Source: Pseudomonadota bacterium (lineage in GTDB: Bacteria; Myxococcota; JACRCW01; JAFGSX01). Taken from it: DNA of 64,000 nucleotides. Positions within the stretch are counted from its first letter, which is position 1. Every line of letters begins with the position of its first letter. Location: positions 1-64,000 of the forward strand of contig JBDRCO010000051.1 of assembly GCA_043821645.1 (NCBI GenBank). Reading direction: 5' to 3'. The notes under the pieces are model-generated. The model had not been told where the DNA came from. It ran no database searches and was given only the letters and a program-made list of their open reading frames with translations. Shown here one piece after another: positions 46,840-57,300 of this stretch. Both the position numbers and the translations under genes were made by a program.

Positions 46840-47772
46840 GTGCTCGGCCTGGCACTGAGCGGGTGCCCCAGCATAGCGCGTTCCCCGCGGCCGACCCAAG
46901 CGGCCCCCCGCGCTGCGTGGTTCACCGTCGAGGGACCGGCGGCAGACTCCGCCATGCAGCACCTGGTCGAGGACATGGCGGCCGCAGCCCTGCGCGACGT
47001 GGCGACGTGGGGGCGTCTCGAGGTCCCTGTGCGCATCGTGCTACATCCGGATCACGAGGCCCTGGAACGTGCGATCGGCCGTCACGGCTTGCCGTGGCTG
47101 CGCGCCTGGGCACAGTACAGTCGCATCGACCTGCAGTCGCCGGCCACCTTTGGCTACCGCGACCCGCGGCCGGCCCTACGCGAGCTGCTGGCCCACGAGC
47201 TGACCCACGTGTGGATGTACCAGCACATCGGTACGCCGGAAACCTGGAGCCAGGTATGGGTGCCCTTCTGGTTTCGCGAGGGCATGGCCTCGTGGACCTC
47301 CAAGCAAGGGTACCGCCGGGGCAACCTCGCGTCGCTCGGACAGCGTCTGGCTGCCCTCGACGGCGCGATCGATCCCCTCCTCGACGGCGAAACCTTGACG
47401 CGGATCGATCAGCCTCTGGCCTACGGCGCTGCGCACTGGGGCTTCGATCGCGTGGTGGCGGAGACGGGCGAGGACGCCGTGCGTGCCCTGCTCGAAGATC
47501 TGCGCTCCGCCGTCGATTGCGCCCCGCCTGCGAACCCGCCCGCGGGCGACGAGCCCCAGCGCCCCGTCAGCGGCGATGGCCGCACGGCTCAGACCCGCGC
47601 TGGGTCGGGTACCGGCGACGTGGACTGCAGCTCAGAGAGCACCCGTTTTGGCAGGGCCTTCGAGCACCGGCTGGGTGAGAGCGAGGTGCTGTTCGCGATC
47701 CGATTTCGCCGGGATCTGCTCGAGGCCGCACACCCGAGCCCCACGGCGGAACCGATCCCGGGTATTCCCTGA
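46840..47772 (+). CDS. Zincin (peptidase MA-like) probable lipoprotein; start uncertain
   Basis: LSGC lipobox-like; LAHELTHV and PFWFREGMA gluzincin motifs. Confidence 0.75.
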   Translation: MLGLALSGCPSIARSPRPTQAAPRAAWFTVEGPAADSAMQHLVEDMAAAALRDVATWGRLEVPVRIVLHPDHEALERAIGRHGLPWLRAWAQYSRIDLQSPATFGYRDPRPALRELLAHELTHVWMYQHIGTPETWSQVWVPFWFREGMASWTSKQGYRRGNLASLGQRLAALDGAIDPLLDGETLTRIDQPLAYGAAHWGFDRVVAETGEDAVRALLEDLRSAVDCAPPANPPAGDEPQRPVSGDGRTAQTRAGSGTGDVDCSSESTRFGRAFEHRLGESEVLFAIRFRRDLLEAAHPSPTAEPIPGIP

Positions 47773-47786
47773 GACAAGGACAGGCA

Positions 47787-48917
47787 CTACAGCCTGGGAA
47801 ACTCCAGCCGCCCACGCATGCCGCGCTCGAGCCGCTCGCGCTCACGGGCGCGCTGGCGAGACTTGTAGCGATGGTGCGCCGCGTCTCCCCTGTCGTTCTG
47901 GCGCGCCGTCTCGGCGTCGATCACCTGGAACTCGGCGAGGGCGAACACCGATCGACCCAGATTCTCGCCGTCACCGAGCTGGGCCAGCAGCGCGTCCGGA
48001 ACCACCAGGGGCACGTCGGCCACGAAGTTGATGACCCGGTACAGGCTGCCCGAGAACTCGTTGCGCGGCCCCTCGGCACGACGGCGCTCCTCGAAGTTGA
48101 CGTCGATCTGCAGCCTCGATTCGTAGGCTCGATACAGCGGATGGCTGCGCAACAGCGACGTGAAGTCGATGAGATCATTCTGGGTCTGGTTGGGGACCAG
48201 GTAGTTGAAGGGCACCAGGTGCTGACACAGGTAGCGGATGGTGGGCACCAGATCGCCCTGCTCGGCCACGACGAAGCGAAAGCGAACCCGGTCGTAGATC
48301 TCCACCGCCAAGTTGTCGCGCTTGACCAGGAGCTTGGCGATCAGGGAGTCCCTCCGCTTCTGCCCACCCGTGAAATCGAGCACAGGAAAGCCGAGCCGGC
48401 GCATCGCATCCGCCGTCGCCTCGACCCGTTGCACCAGCATGCCATTGACCGTGGCGTCGGAGATGGGCAGCCGGAAGCGCAACTCCCGGGCATTGACGTG
48501 ATGGGTGATGTGCATGACCTTGAGCAGGATGCAGGAGTACATGCGGTGCCGGCGCGTGCCCATGGCCTCGGAGGCGTACAGCGGCAGATCGAACAGCTCG
48601 CAGTGCTGTATCTCGTCGGGAATCTTGTAGCCGTGCACCCGCGTCAAGTAGTCGACAGCGCTTGTGCGCAGCTGCTCGAGGTACTCCCGGTCCCGGGCAT
48701 CCTCGACGTCGAAGCCTTGCAGCCGGGCAAAGGCCTCGACCTCGTCCTCGCGCTCGAAGTTGAGCCTGTACCAGTCGATGGCCGAACCACCGCGCAGCAC
48801 GAGGCGTACCTGTTCCAGCTCACCCAGCGACAGCGCCTCGTAGCGCAGGGCGGCATAGGCGGCCACCGAGCGCCCGCGCTCGAGCTCCCCAAATGGTTCG
48901 CGTGGCCGATTCGACAT
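47787..48917 (-). CDS. TIGR04552-like protein with RelA/SpoT-synthetase-like nucleotidyltransferase motifs
   Basis: LRGGSAIDW N-terminus, ILLKVMHI, KRRDSLIAKL, IYDRVRFRF, NEFS..YRVINF, EFQ. Confidence 0.8.
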   Translation of the reverse strand: MSNRPREPFGELERGRSVAAYAALRYEALSLGELEQVRLVLRGGSAIDWYRLNFEREDEVEAFARLQGFDVEDARDREYLEQLRTSAVDYLTRVHGYKIPDEIQHCELFDLPLYASEAMGTRRHRMYSCILLKVMHITHHVNARELRFRLPISDATVNGMLVQRVEATADAMRRLGFPVLDFTGGQKRRDSLIAKLLVKRDNLAVEIYDRVRFRFVVAEQGDLVPTIRYLCQHLVPFNYLVPNQTQNDLIDFTSLLRSHPLYRAYESRLQIDVNFEERRRAEGPRNEFSGSLYRVINFVADVPLVVPDALLAQLGDGENLGRSVFALAEFQVIDAETARQNDRGDAAHHRYKSRQRARERERLERGMRGRLEFPRL

Positions 48918-49058
48918 GCTCGCCCCACCACTTGTCGGTCCGTCCCCGAAGGACGGTGGATCCCCGGACCCGCCGACCAGGTACCCCGATGCGGCCTTAT
49001 GCCAGAGCTTCCAGCCCGTGGCCAGTGCCCCGCGTGGGGGACAATGAGATGGGAAAAT

Positions 49059-51530
49059 CTACAGCGGGAAGGGGAACTTGATCGGGCCGACGTCATCGCC
49101 ATCGAAGGTCGGGAACTTCCACTTGGCGATGGCATCCTGCACACAGCCGCCGACGTAGGTGCCCTTGAATTTCGAATCGAGCACCGACACGTTCTTGGTT
49201 CGCCCGTCGGGGCGGATGTACCACTGCATCTTGAGGGTTCCGGTGGCCAGCCGCGGATTACGCTTGGCTTGCTCCGCCGAGCACTGCTTCACGTCGCCGA
49301 GGTTCTTCTTCACCGTCATCAGGATATCGGTCTTGGACAGCGTGGCCTTCTTGCCGTTCGAGCGCGAAGGGGGCAGCGCCGCATCTCCTGTCGGGCAATT
49401 GCCGTCCGGGTAAAGGATGGGGTCGCAGGAGCCGCTGCGCTTGGTGGGGGTGCGCACAGGTTCCGGGTCCGACTGCGGATCGGGCTTGGGGTCAGGCTTG
49501 GGATCCGTCCTGGGCTCGACCTTGCGCGGACCCTTGGTCGAACTCGAGTTGCCACTGGGCTTGCGCGTAGACGGACCCTTGCGCCCGTCGTCGCCAGTCT
49601 CCGCAGGGTTGTTCCCGGGACGGGGGTCCGCGCTGGCCCCCGGATCTGGCTTCGTGACGTCCGTGCCGCCAGCCGCGGCGGGGTCCGTGGCGGCAGCCCC
49701 GGTCGTGGTCCCGGTGCCTGTGCCCGGCGTCACACCAGCAGGGTTGGTCGGGTTCTGCGGCGAGCCGGTCGAGGGGCCGCCTGTGGTGGGTGTCCCGGTA
49801 ACCGGGTTGGTCGGCGCTTGCACCACCACCGCCGGCGCGGGCTCGCGCAGCAGCAGCACCAGGACGACGACGAACAGGCCGATGAGCGCCAGACCACCAC
49901 CGCCGGCCCCCAGGATGAGAGGCCAGTTCATCTCGCGCTTGGGTGCGGAGATGTAGGAGGGGCGCTTGAGCACCATCGAGGACTGACCGGCGATCTGCTC
50001 GATGTTGATGTCGTCGGTGGAGTGCGAAGAGATCTGTTGCGAGAAGGGATCTTCTGCGTAGGGCGAAACTGGCTCTTGAAGCCGGATGGGCCGCGTGCTC
50101 AGCAATTCGTCGATGGGAGGCAAGGGCTTGCCACTGACATCGCTGTCCTCGGCGATGGGCATGCTGTCGCCATAGCTCGGCGCCTGCTTGATGACATCGA
50201 TCTCCTGCTCCACCAGTGAGGCCAGGGCAGCGGCCGCTCCGGGCTGCCAGTTGACCTCCTCGTCCTCCTCCTCGGGCGCATCCTCGGGGATGGGCTGCAT
50301 GGCCGAGGACTCGGCCAGCGAGGCCGCCTGGTAAATCTCGGTCATGCCCCGGGGACGCCAGGTGCCCGAGCCCGCCATGTCGGGGGGCGGCATGTCTTCG
50401 CCGCCGGCGAGCGCAAAGGGATCGTCGGAGGCCTCGAAGGGCAGACCGCCATCCTCGGCGGGACCGGCCCCGATACCCTCATCAAAATCTGCAAGCCCGG
50501 CGAGCCCCCGGGGTTGCTCGATGGCCGTGCGAGGTGGCGCTGCCGCCGTCTTGGCCTGGACCAGGTCGCGCAGGTCGAGCACGTCACGCACCGGCATCCA
50601 GTCCGGCAACCCGCTCTGCCAGACCAAGGAATCACCATCGACCTGACCCTGATCCCAGTACTCCGCCAGATCAGCAACCGAAACGGGTCCCGCCTGATCG
50701 TCATCGATCGCCACGTACCAGAGCTTCACGGTATCGAAGCCGGCAGGCTCGTCGGGGCCTGGTTCCTCGTCGTGGTCCGCGTGCAGCTGATCGGTGAGGC
50801 TGGAGAAGGGCGTCCGGCCGGAGCCGTTGCCACCGCCTGGCATCTCCAGGTGCGCAGGACCGGGGAGCGAGATGTCGTCGTCCAGGGGTGGCATCTGAAC
50901 CGCCGCTGCACGTTCTTCCTCGACCCGCACGAGCTCGTTGTTGCTGTAGAACCGGGTCTCGCGCCGGCTGTGATCTGTACTTTCGACGGACGGCACCGCA
51001 GCGAATGGGTCGCTGGTCTCGCCAAAAACCGTGTCGAAGGCGCCGGCCAGCTCGTTGTCGAGGACATCGCCCTCGGCCGCCAGCATGGCCGAGGCCTGCT
51101 GGGCCACATCCCCCGAGGTCACAGCCAGCCCGGACGCGTCGTCAAACTCCTCGTCCCTGCGACCGTTGCCGCCCGAGCCGACGTCCTCGTCGATCAGGGG
51201 ATCGCTGCCGTAGGGCGAGGCTGCGATGGCGGTATCCCCGGTCAAGGCTTCGCCCAATCCGTCGATGCCGTCATCGTCGTCCAGGGACAGATCCTCGTCC
51301 TGATCGCCACTGGCGGAGGCGAGGTCGCCATCCGAGGTTGGATAGTTCGTCTCCTCCTCGTTCCCGGGCGGGGGCGGATACACCGTTTCCTCGTCGGAAC
51401 CGACCTCAGCCGTGGGACGAATGACGATGACGTTCTCGCAGCGCTTGCAGCGGACCTTGACGCCCCGGTCGCCGACCTTCTCGTCGGCGATCATGTACTG
51501 GGCATTGCACTGGTCGCAGTAGAATTTCAT
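49059..51530 (-). CDS. AgmX/GltJ-like gliding-motility protein (zinc ribbon, GYF_2, TM, TonB-C-like AgmX C-terminus)
   Basis: MKFYCDQC...VRCKRC; WYVAIDDDQAGP...LVWQSGLPDW; one TM; Pro-rich linker; C-terminal Cys pair and KWKFP. Confidence 0.85.
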   Translation of the reverse strand: MKFYCDQCNAQYMIADEKVGDRGVKVRCKRCENVIVIRPTAEVGSDEETVYPPPPGNEEETNYPTSDGDLASASGDQDEDLSLDDDDGIDGLGEALTGDTAIAASPYGSDPLIDEDVGSGGNGRRDEEFDDASGLAVTSGDVAQQASAMLAAEGDVLDNELAGAFDTVFGETSDPFAAVPSVESTDHSRRETRFYSNNELVRVEEERAAAVQMPPLDDDISLPGPAHLEMPGGGNGSGRTPFSSLTDQLHADHDEEPGPDEPAGFDTVKLWYVAIDDDQAGPVSVADLAEYWDQGQVDGDSLVWQSGLPDWMPVRDVLDLRDLVQAKTAAAPPRTAIEQPRGLAGLADFDEGIGAGPAEDGGLPFEASDDPFALAGGEDMPPPDMAGSGTWRPRGMTEIYQAASLAESSAMQPIPEDAPEEEDEEVNWQPGAAAALASLVEQEIDVIKQAPSYGDSMPIAEDSDVSGKPLPPIDELLSTRPIRLQEPVSPYAEDPFSQQISSHSTDDINIEQIAGQSSMVLKRPSYISAPKREMNWPLILGAGGGGLALIGLFVVVLVLLLREPAPAVVVQAPTNPVTGTPTTGGPSTGSPQNPTNPAGVTPGTGTGTTTGAAATDPAAAGGTDVTKPDPGASADPRPGNNPAETGDDGRKGPSTRKPSGNSSSTKGPRKVEPRTDPKPDPKPDPQSDPEPVRTPTKRSGSCDPILYPDGNCPTGDAALPPSRSNGKKATLSKTDILMTVKKNLGDVKQCSAEQAKRNPRLATGTLKMQWYIRPDGRTKNVSVLDSKFKGTYVGGCVQDAIAKWKFPTFDGDDVGPIKFPFPL

Positions 51531-51713
51531 GCCTGCCACGTCCCGCCGAGGTTCTCCCCGTCACAACGAACACCGAAGCGCCAGGATCTACCCTTCGTGT
51601 GGCGCCGGGTACCATCTGAAAGGGTAAACGTGCCAATGCGCCGAGTCAACGAAACGACCGATCACAAGAAACTCCAGGCAGAACCCGGCGGCTGGCCGTG
51701 CGTTGAACAACGC

Positions 51714-52388
51714 ATGGCTCGCTTCACACATCTGATTCGCCCCCCCCGCGCCGGACGGGCCTTTCTGCACCTGGTGCCATGGCTGGCGTGCGCGCTGACC
51801 CCGGCGGCACAGGCCCAGGTTCCTGACGCGGCGCAGCGGCTGGTAGGGGCTGCCCGCTCACTGCTCACGACGCCCTATCGCTTCGGCGGGCGCCTGCGCC
51901 ACGCCACGGATGGCATCGACTGCCAGGGCGTGCTGTTCTACGCGGCCGAGCACGTGGGAGCCTGTGGGTGGCGCTCCTACTCGGTTTACCCCAGCCAGGC
52001 AATCCCCGCGGGGGAGCTCGGCGACGCGGTCCCTGGGCTGAGTCCCGTGCGCAGCAGCCGCCTGCCGATCGCTGACCTGCGCCCCGGGGACGTGCTGTGG
52101 CTGGTGGGTCCTGCTCGAAATCCCGCCGAACCTGCCATCGGAGCGTTCGACGACGGTCCGGTCTGGGTGTGGCACACGGGGATCTATAGCGGGCACGGCC
52201 AATGGATCGTGGGCGACCACTTCGCGGGACAGGTGGTCGAGACGGATCTGGCCTCGTATCTCGCTGTTCACGCAGACACCTATTCAGGTCTCGTCGTCAC
52301 GCGGCTGGCCCCGTCGCCTCGTCCAGCGCGATGCCGCCATCACGCCCGCATGGGCAGCTCCTTGACGAGAGCCACGGCTCGCCCCTGA
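51714..52388 (+). CDS. Exported NlpC/P60-family cysteine hydrolase
   Basis: TPYRFGG, GIDCQG, LRPGDVL, HTGIY; AQA signal cleavage site. Confidence 0.82.
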   Translation: MARFTHLIRPPRAGRAFLHLVPWLACALTPAAQAQVPDAAQRLVGAARSLLTTPYRFGGRLRHATDGIDCQGVLFYAAEHVGACGWRSYSVYPSQAIPAGELGDAVPGLSPVRSSRLPIADLRPGDVLWLVGPARNPAEPAIGAFDDGPVWVWHTGIYSGHGQWIVGDHFAGQVVETDLASYLAVHADTYSGLVVTRLAPSPRPARCRHHARMGSSLTRATARP

Positions 52389-52506
52389 TGGCATCGCAGC
52401 GTCCGCGCGGGGCTTGCTGAGCGACGGGAAAAGCGGCAAGGTGGGCCATCTTTGAGCCGCCTCACCCGTGGTGGTGTCCCCGGGTCGAGGGCACAGTGGA
52501 GCCCGC

Positions 52507-52989
52507 ATGAACAAGAGCAGCATTCACAAGGCGCTCGAAAGCATCCCCTACGGTGTCAGCGTGGTGACGGTCGGTCGCGGTGGCGTCGAAAATGCGCTCA
52601 CCGTGTCCTGGATGAGCCAGGTCTCGTTTGACCCCCCGTGCCTGATGATCGCCGTCGACAGCCTGCACTACAGTGTCGAGTTCCTGGAGAGCACCCGCAA
52701 CTTCACGGTCAATCTGCTGGCGGAAGGCCAGACGGCGGTCGCGGCGCACTTCGCGCGCCCCAGCACCACGGAGCAAGACAAGCTGGACAAGGTCGAGACC
52801 CGTGAGGCGGAGAGCGGGGCGGCCATCCTGACCGAGGCCGTCGCCTACTTCGACTGCGAGATCCTGCAGACGCACAAGGTGGGTGGTCACACGCTGTTCA
52901 TCGGCAAGATCATCGACGCCGATGTGCTGCACGCGGTGCCCCCGCTGACCACGGCCTCGGGGATCCGCTATCGAAAAAATTCGCCCTGA
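52507..52989 (+). CDS. Flavin reductase-like protein
   Basis: IPYGVSVVT, SQVSFDPP, FTVNLL, GGHTLFIG. Confidence 0.9.
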   Translation: MNKSSIHKALESIPYGVSVVTVGRGGVENALTVSWMSQVSFDPPCLMIAVDSLHYSVEFLESTRNFTVNLLAEGQTAVAAHFARPSTTEQDKLDKVETREAESGAAILTEAVAYFDCEILQTHKVGGHTLFIGKIIDADVLHAVPPLTTASGIRYRKNSP

Positions 52990-53007
52990 CCTCGGCCCGG
53001 GGGAGCC

Positions 53008-54351
53008 GTGGACGTCTACTGCCGGCGCTGCCAGCTGTGGGAACAGCGCGCGAGGCCTCCTCAGCGAGGTGAGACCTGCCTGCAATGTGGCGCGGTCCTG
53101 CACCGCCGCCGCAGGCGCAGTCCGGCCCCGTCGACGCACTGGCGCGCCCTGATCGATGCGATCCGTTCCACCAAGGGCATCATGTTCCTGGTGCTCTATG
53201 CCGTGTTCGTGGGCCTGGCCACCATGATAGGCCGGCCGTACCTGGCAGCGCTGTTGCTCTACGCCGGGGCCGTGCGCCTGGCCTGGCGCTCCATGAACAT
53301 GCAGGGCAACAGCATCGAGTTTCCCGAACTGAGCGCCCAGGACCTGTTCAATGGGAGCGTCATGTTCGGCGTCGCCGTGTTCACGGTGAGCTTCGTCGTG
53401 GCTCCGCTGGTCCTGTTGCAGCTGGCCTTCGCCGGCGTGGCCGTGTCGATACCCGTGGCCATCGCAGTGGCCGTGCTGTTCTTTGCCTATGCGCCGATGG
53501 CTCTGTTGCTGTTTCTGCGCTCCAGCAGTGCTGCCGGCATGCTTGCGCTCCCGGCTGCGATAGGACTGGTGAGCGCCGACCCACGTGGCTACGGTTTCCT
53601 CGCCATCCTGGTGCTATCGAGCCTCGGGATCCGCCTCGCCCTCGGAGCCCTGGTCGGAATGTTCGGCCTGGTGGGCCGGCTGGGGTTCAGCGTGCTGCTG
53701 GCCCCTGTCGAGGCCACTTTTGTGCTCGTCGCTTTTGGGCTGTGCGGGCTGTTCGTGCGCAGCCACGCGCGGTCGCTCCAGGTCCCGTGCGACGAGGACG
53801 ACTGGGAGCCGCTCGGGCCCCCTGCCGTCGAGACCGCGACACCAGCTCCACCGGCGCCACCCTCACAGCCTGTGGCTCTATCGCCCGTGGTAGGCGCCGA
53901 TGGGCAGAGCCTGCTTGCCGACGACATCCCCGCGGTCACCGGTGAACTGGTGAGCGGCCCGCCACTCACACCCGGCGCCGTCACTCCCGAACCGCTCGTG
54001 CCCGTCCTGATCCCGCCATCCCCCGGTGCCGTGGTCGCCGCACCTGTCCCGAGGGTGCCACCACCCCAGGCACAGCGCGGAGGTACCGCGGACTGGCCCT
54101 GGGACGAGCATGCCACGGCTCCATCCGCGGCCGCCGTGCCACCCGCGCGATCCCCGGCGACCCAGATCATGGGCTCTGTGCTTTCGCCGGCTCCGTCGAC
54201 ACCACCCTCCCCTGCAGCCAGATCGCCCGCCGCCGAGGTGCCCGCGCCAGTGTCGGGGATCCTGGCACCCACGCCTGCACCACAGGCCCCACGCCCGGGT
54301 GGCGAGCAGGAGCTGGACAGAGCCTCCATCTCCCCCCCGCGCAGGCGTTGA
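53008..54351 (+). CDS. Zinc-ribbon multi-TM protein (DUF4013-like) with a long Pro-rich C-terminal tail
   Basis: CRRC...CLQC, about 6 TM helices, then about 180 aa rich in Pro/Ala. Confidence 0.7.
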   Translation: MDVYCRRCQLWEQRARPPQRGETCLQCGAVLHRRRRRSPAPSTHWRALIDAIRSTKGIMFLVLYAVFVGLATMIGRPYLAALLLYAGAVRLAWRSMNMQGNSIEFPELSAQDLFNGSVMFGVAVFTVSFVVAPLVLLQLAFAGVAVSIPVAIAVAVLFFAYAPMALLLFLRSSSAAGMLALPAAIGLVSADPRGYGFLAILVLSSLGIRLALGALVGMFGLVGRLGFSVLLAPVEATFVLVAFGLCGLFVRSHARSLQVPCDEDDWEPLGPPAVETATPAPPAPPSQPVALSPVVGADGQSLLADDIPAVTGELVSGPPLTPGAVTPEPLVPVLIPPSPGAVVAAPVPRVPPPQAQRGGTADWPWDEHATAPSAAAVPPARSPATQIMGSVLSPAPSTPPSPAARSPAAEVPAPVSGILAPTPAPQAPRPGGEQELDRASISPPRRR

Positions 54352-57300
54352 GTCTCCCCGCTCCACTCCGTAACATCCCCCCGATGGGTCGCGCTGTTCA
54401 TGGCTGCCTGCTTGCCTTGTGCCTGGGCCTGTCCGGTGCCCTGTGTCAGCCCACGCCCCCACCCCTGGTTCTCAGTGGCGACGAGATCCTCCACAGCGGC
54501 CCGCTGCACCTCGACGAGACGGACCTGCAAGCGCTGGTGACAGGCGACTGGATCCGGGTGCGCGGCGAGATCACCTCGGACCTGCCGCTCTCCCTCGGCG
54601 GTCGAGTGCATCTGTCGCTGCGCGATCTCGACGAACATCCCGCGGCCGAGGGCACGACGGAGCTCCAGCCGAGCGCCCGCGGGGCGAACTTCGAGGTCTG
54701 GATGCGGCCTGGCCTCGACAGCGTTCGCCCGGGGACGCTGGCACGGTATGTCGTGCACGGCACGATACAGGGTCTCGGGCAGACCTTGCGCTTCAGGCGC
54801 AGCCTGTACCAGGCGAGCCGGCAGATCACCGCCGAAGTGGTGCTGCCTGCCATGCCCCTGCCCGGGCATGCTTTTCCGGTTCTGGCCAGCGCACCCGACC
54901 AGGCACAACCGCTGCTGCTCGGTATCCATGCCCTGCGCGGAGATGACCAGGCGCAGACCCTGGGCTTCGTCCGATTTGACGAGCAGGGCATCGCCAGCGG
55001 TACCCTGCGCGCCCCCGGAGACGAGCCCGCGCCCCTGCGCCTGAATGCTGATCTGGTGGCGGAGGATCTGCGCATGGCCATGCCGACGTCCTCGGTCGCG
55101 TCGTCACGGCCGCTCATCGATCTGTTCGTCGGGGGCCACAGCGCAGCCCCTGGCGACGAGGTCGAGGTGGTGGCCTGGGTGCGCGAGCGCGATGGCCGTC
55201 CCCGAACAGCCGCGCCGGGCATGCTGTGCCTGAGCATCGCACCGCAGCAGGAGTCCCTGTGCTGGCCCGTTCGTACCGACGCCCGGGGCCTGGTGCAGGA
55301 CAGGATCGAGGTCGCTCCGGCGCTGGCAGGCCTGGACGTGGTCCTCGACCTCGAAATCGCCGGCGCCGCCGCGCAAGGCACCCTTGCCGTCAGCGCCTTG
55401 CCGTCGCTGGAGCTGCCGCTTCCCACGTTGCAGACACCCGGGCGCACGGCTTCCGGGGACCTCCGTGTGCCGGTGCTGCTGGCCTCGACCCTGCCTGGCC
55501 ACCGGCTTCACGCCGAGCTGCACCTGGAGCAGGCATCCGGCCCCCTGATCGCCGAACTCGACCTGCCCCTCGACGGCAACCTCGATGAGCTGGTGCTTCC
55601 GGTCCCGGCGGCGGCCGTGCATGCCGCGTCGCGCTGGAGCCTGCTGCTGGGGGCTGAGGATCCGCTGGGTCGGCGCACGGCGAGCGCGCGCAGCCTTATG
55701 GCAGCGCCCGGAGACCTTGCTGTGGCCCTGCACACGGCCGAGCTGTGGGCGGGGCAGCCCTTCTGTGCCCTGGTCACCACCGCCACCCTCGACGGTCAGC
55801 CGGTGCCGAGCAGTGGCGTCCTGGACCTGGGCGAGCACCACCGCAGCTTCTCCGCGGGCGCGGACGGCACGGCTCTGCTCTGCGGACTGGAGGTCCCCGC
55901 GGGCGACAGCCTGGCCCGTGTCCAGGTCGTGGATGTCGAGGGGCGGAGTGGGGAGTGGCAGGGCACGCTCCAGATCTCCCCCGCGGATGCCGCAGGGATG
56001 ACGCTTCACCTGCCGCTGGTGGTCCCGGACGACGCCAACCTGCCAATAGCCCTGAGCGCGCGGGGAGACGCGCGGCTCCTCGAATCCTGGTTCCTGGCCT
56101 CGGGGCGCGTCGTGGATCTGGCGAGGGAGCCCTCGGCGAACCTGCGCGTGGCCACCTCCGACGCCGAGCAGGTGCTCACCCTGGCCAGCTTCGCCAGCGC
56201 AGGTGATGGCCTGCTGCTGCGACGCGAGCGGAGGCTGTTACCCGCCGACGACGGACGCCGCCTACAGCTCGACCTCGACGCCCAGGGCCGCGTGCTGCCG
56301 CGCTTGCGCCAGCGTGATCCGGCAGCAAGCGCACCGGCCTGGGTGACGCGTGCAGGATCCCCGGATCTGAACGCGGGTTTGTGGATAGACGAGACCCGGG
56401 CGCGCGCCCTGGCCCTCGAGCACCCTGAGTCCTCGGCTCAGGACTGCCTCGCCGCGTCACTGCTGCCGGTCTCCTCGCTCAGCGGGAACCTGTCGCCATC
56501 CGCACCGGGCCCCGAGGACCTGGCGGTCGCCCTCGCCAAGGTCGTCACCGATCTCGAGGCCATCGCACGAGATCTCGGCCAGCAACTGTCACTTGGTGAG
56601 CTGGTGGCGGCAGACCTCAACGACTGGGTCGGCCGGCGTGCGCGTGTCTACTACGACCCCTGGGGTCAGCCATACGCCCTCTGGCTCGCAGACGGACAAC
56701 TCTGGCTGGAGAGCACAGGCTTTGACGAGCTCGCCGGAACACCCGACGATCGGCGGAGCGGGCGCTACCTGCACAGCCTGCTGGAGACCGCGCCCGTCGT
56801 GGAGACCCCTGCCGCTGTCGAGGCCCCGTGGGCTCGCGCCATTCGCCCCTGGCCAACGCACGTGGTCTCGGACAACGAGCCCATCACACCCTGGCACGAC
56901 GGCCAGCCGCTCGAGATCGTCGCCCTGACCTCTGGCGGACGCGCGTACACGACCCGCGCCTCCGCAGCACCTGCCCTCGAACTCCTGGCTCCCGTCTCGC
57001 TACGCCTACGGCGCGGCGACCGGCTCCAGCTCGAGACCCTGGTGCGGTGCGCTGGTCCCTGCACGGCCGGGGTCGAGGCGTGGGTCGAGGACCCGACGCA
57101 CCTGCTCCTCGAGGAGGATCCCGCGTTGCTCGGCAGCACGACCGGCTGGCAGCGCTGGCGGATCTCTCTGCGCGCTCTCACGGACCGCTCGACCACTCTT
57201 CACGTCGTGGCGCGGGACGACGACGCTCGCCGCGACCGCGCGATCGGCATCGTGAGCCGGGACCAGGACCAGGAGCGCGGCGTCCTGGCCAGCCAGACCT

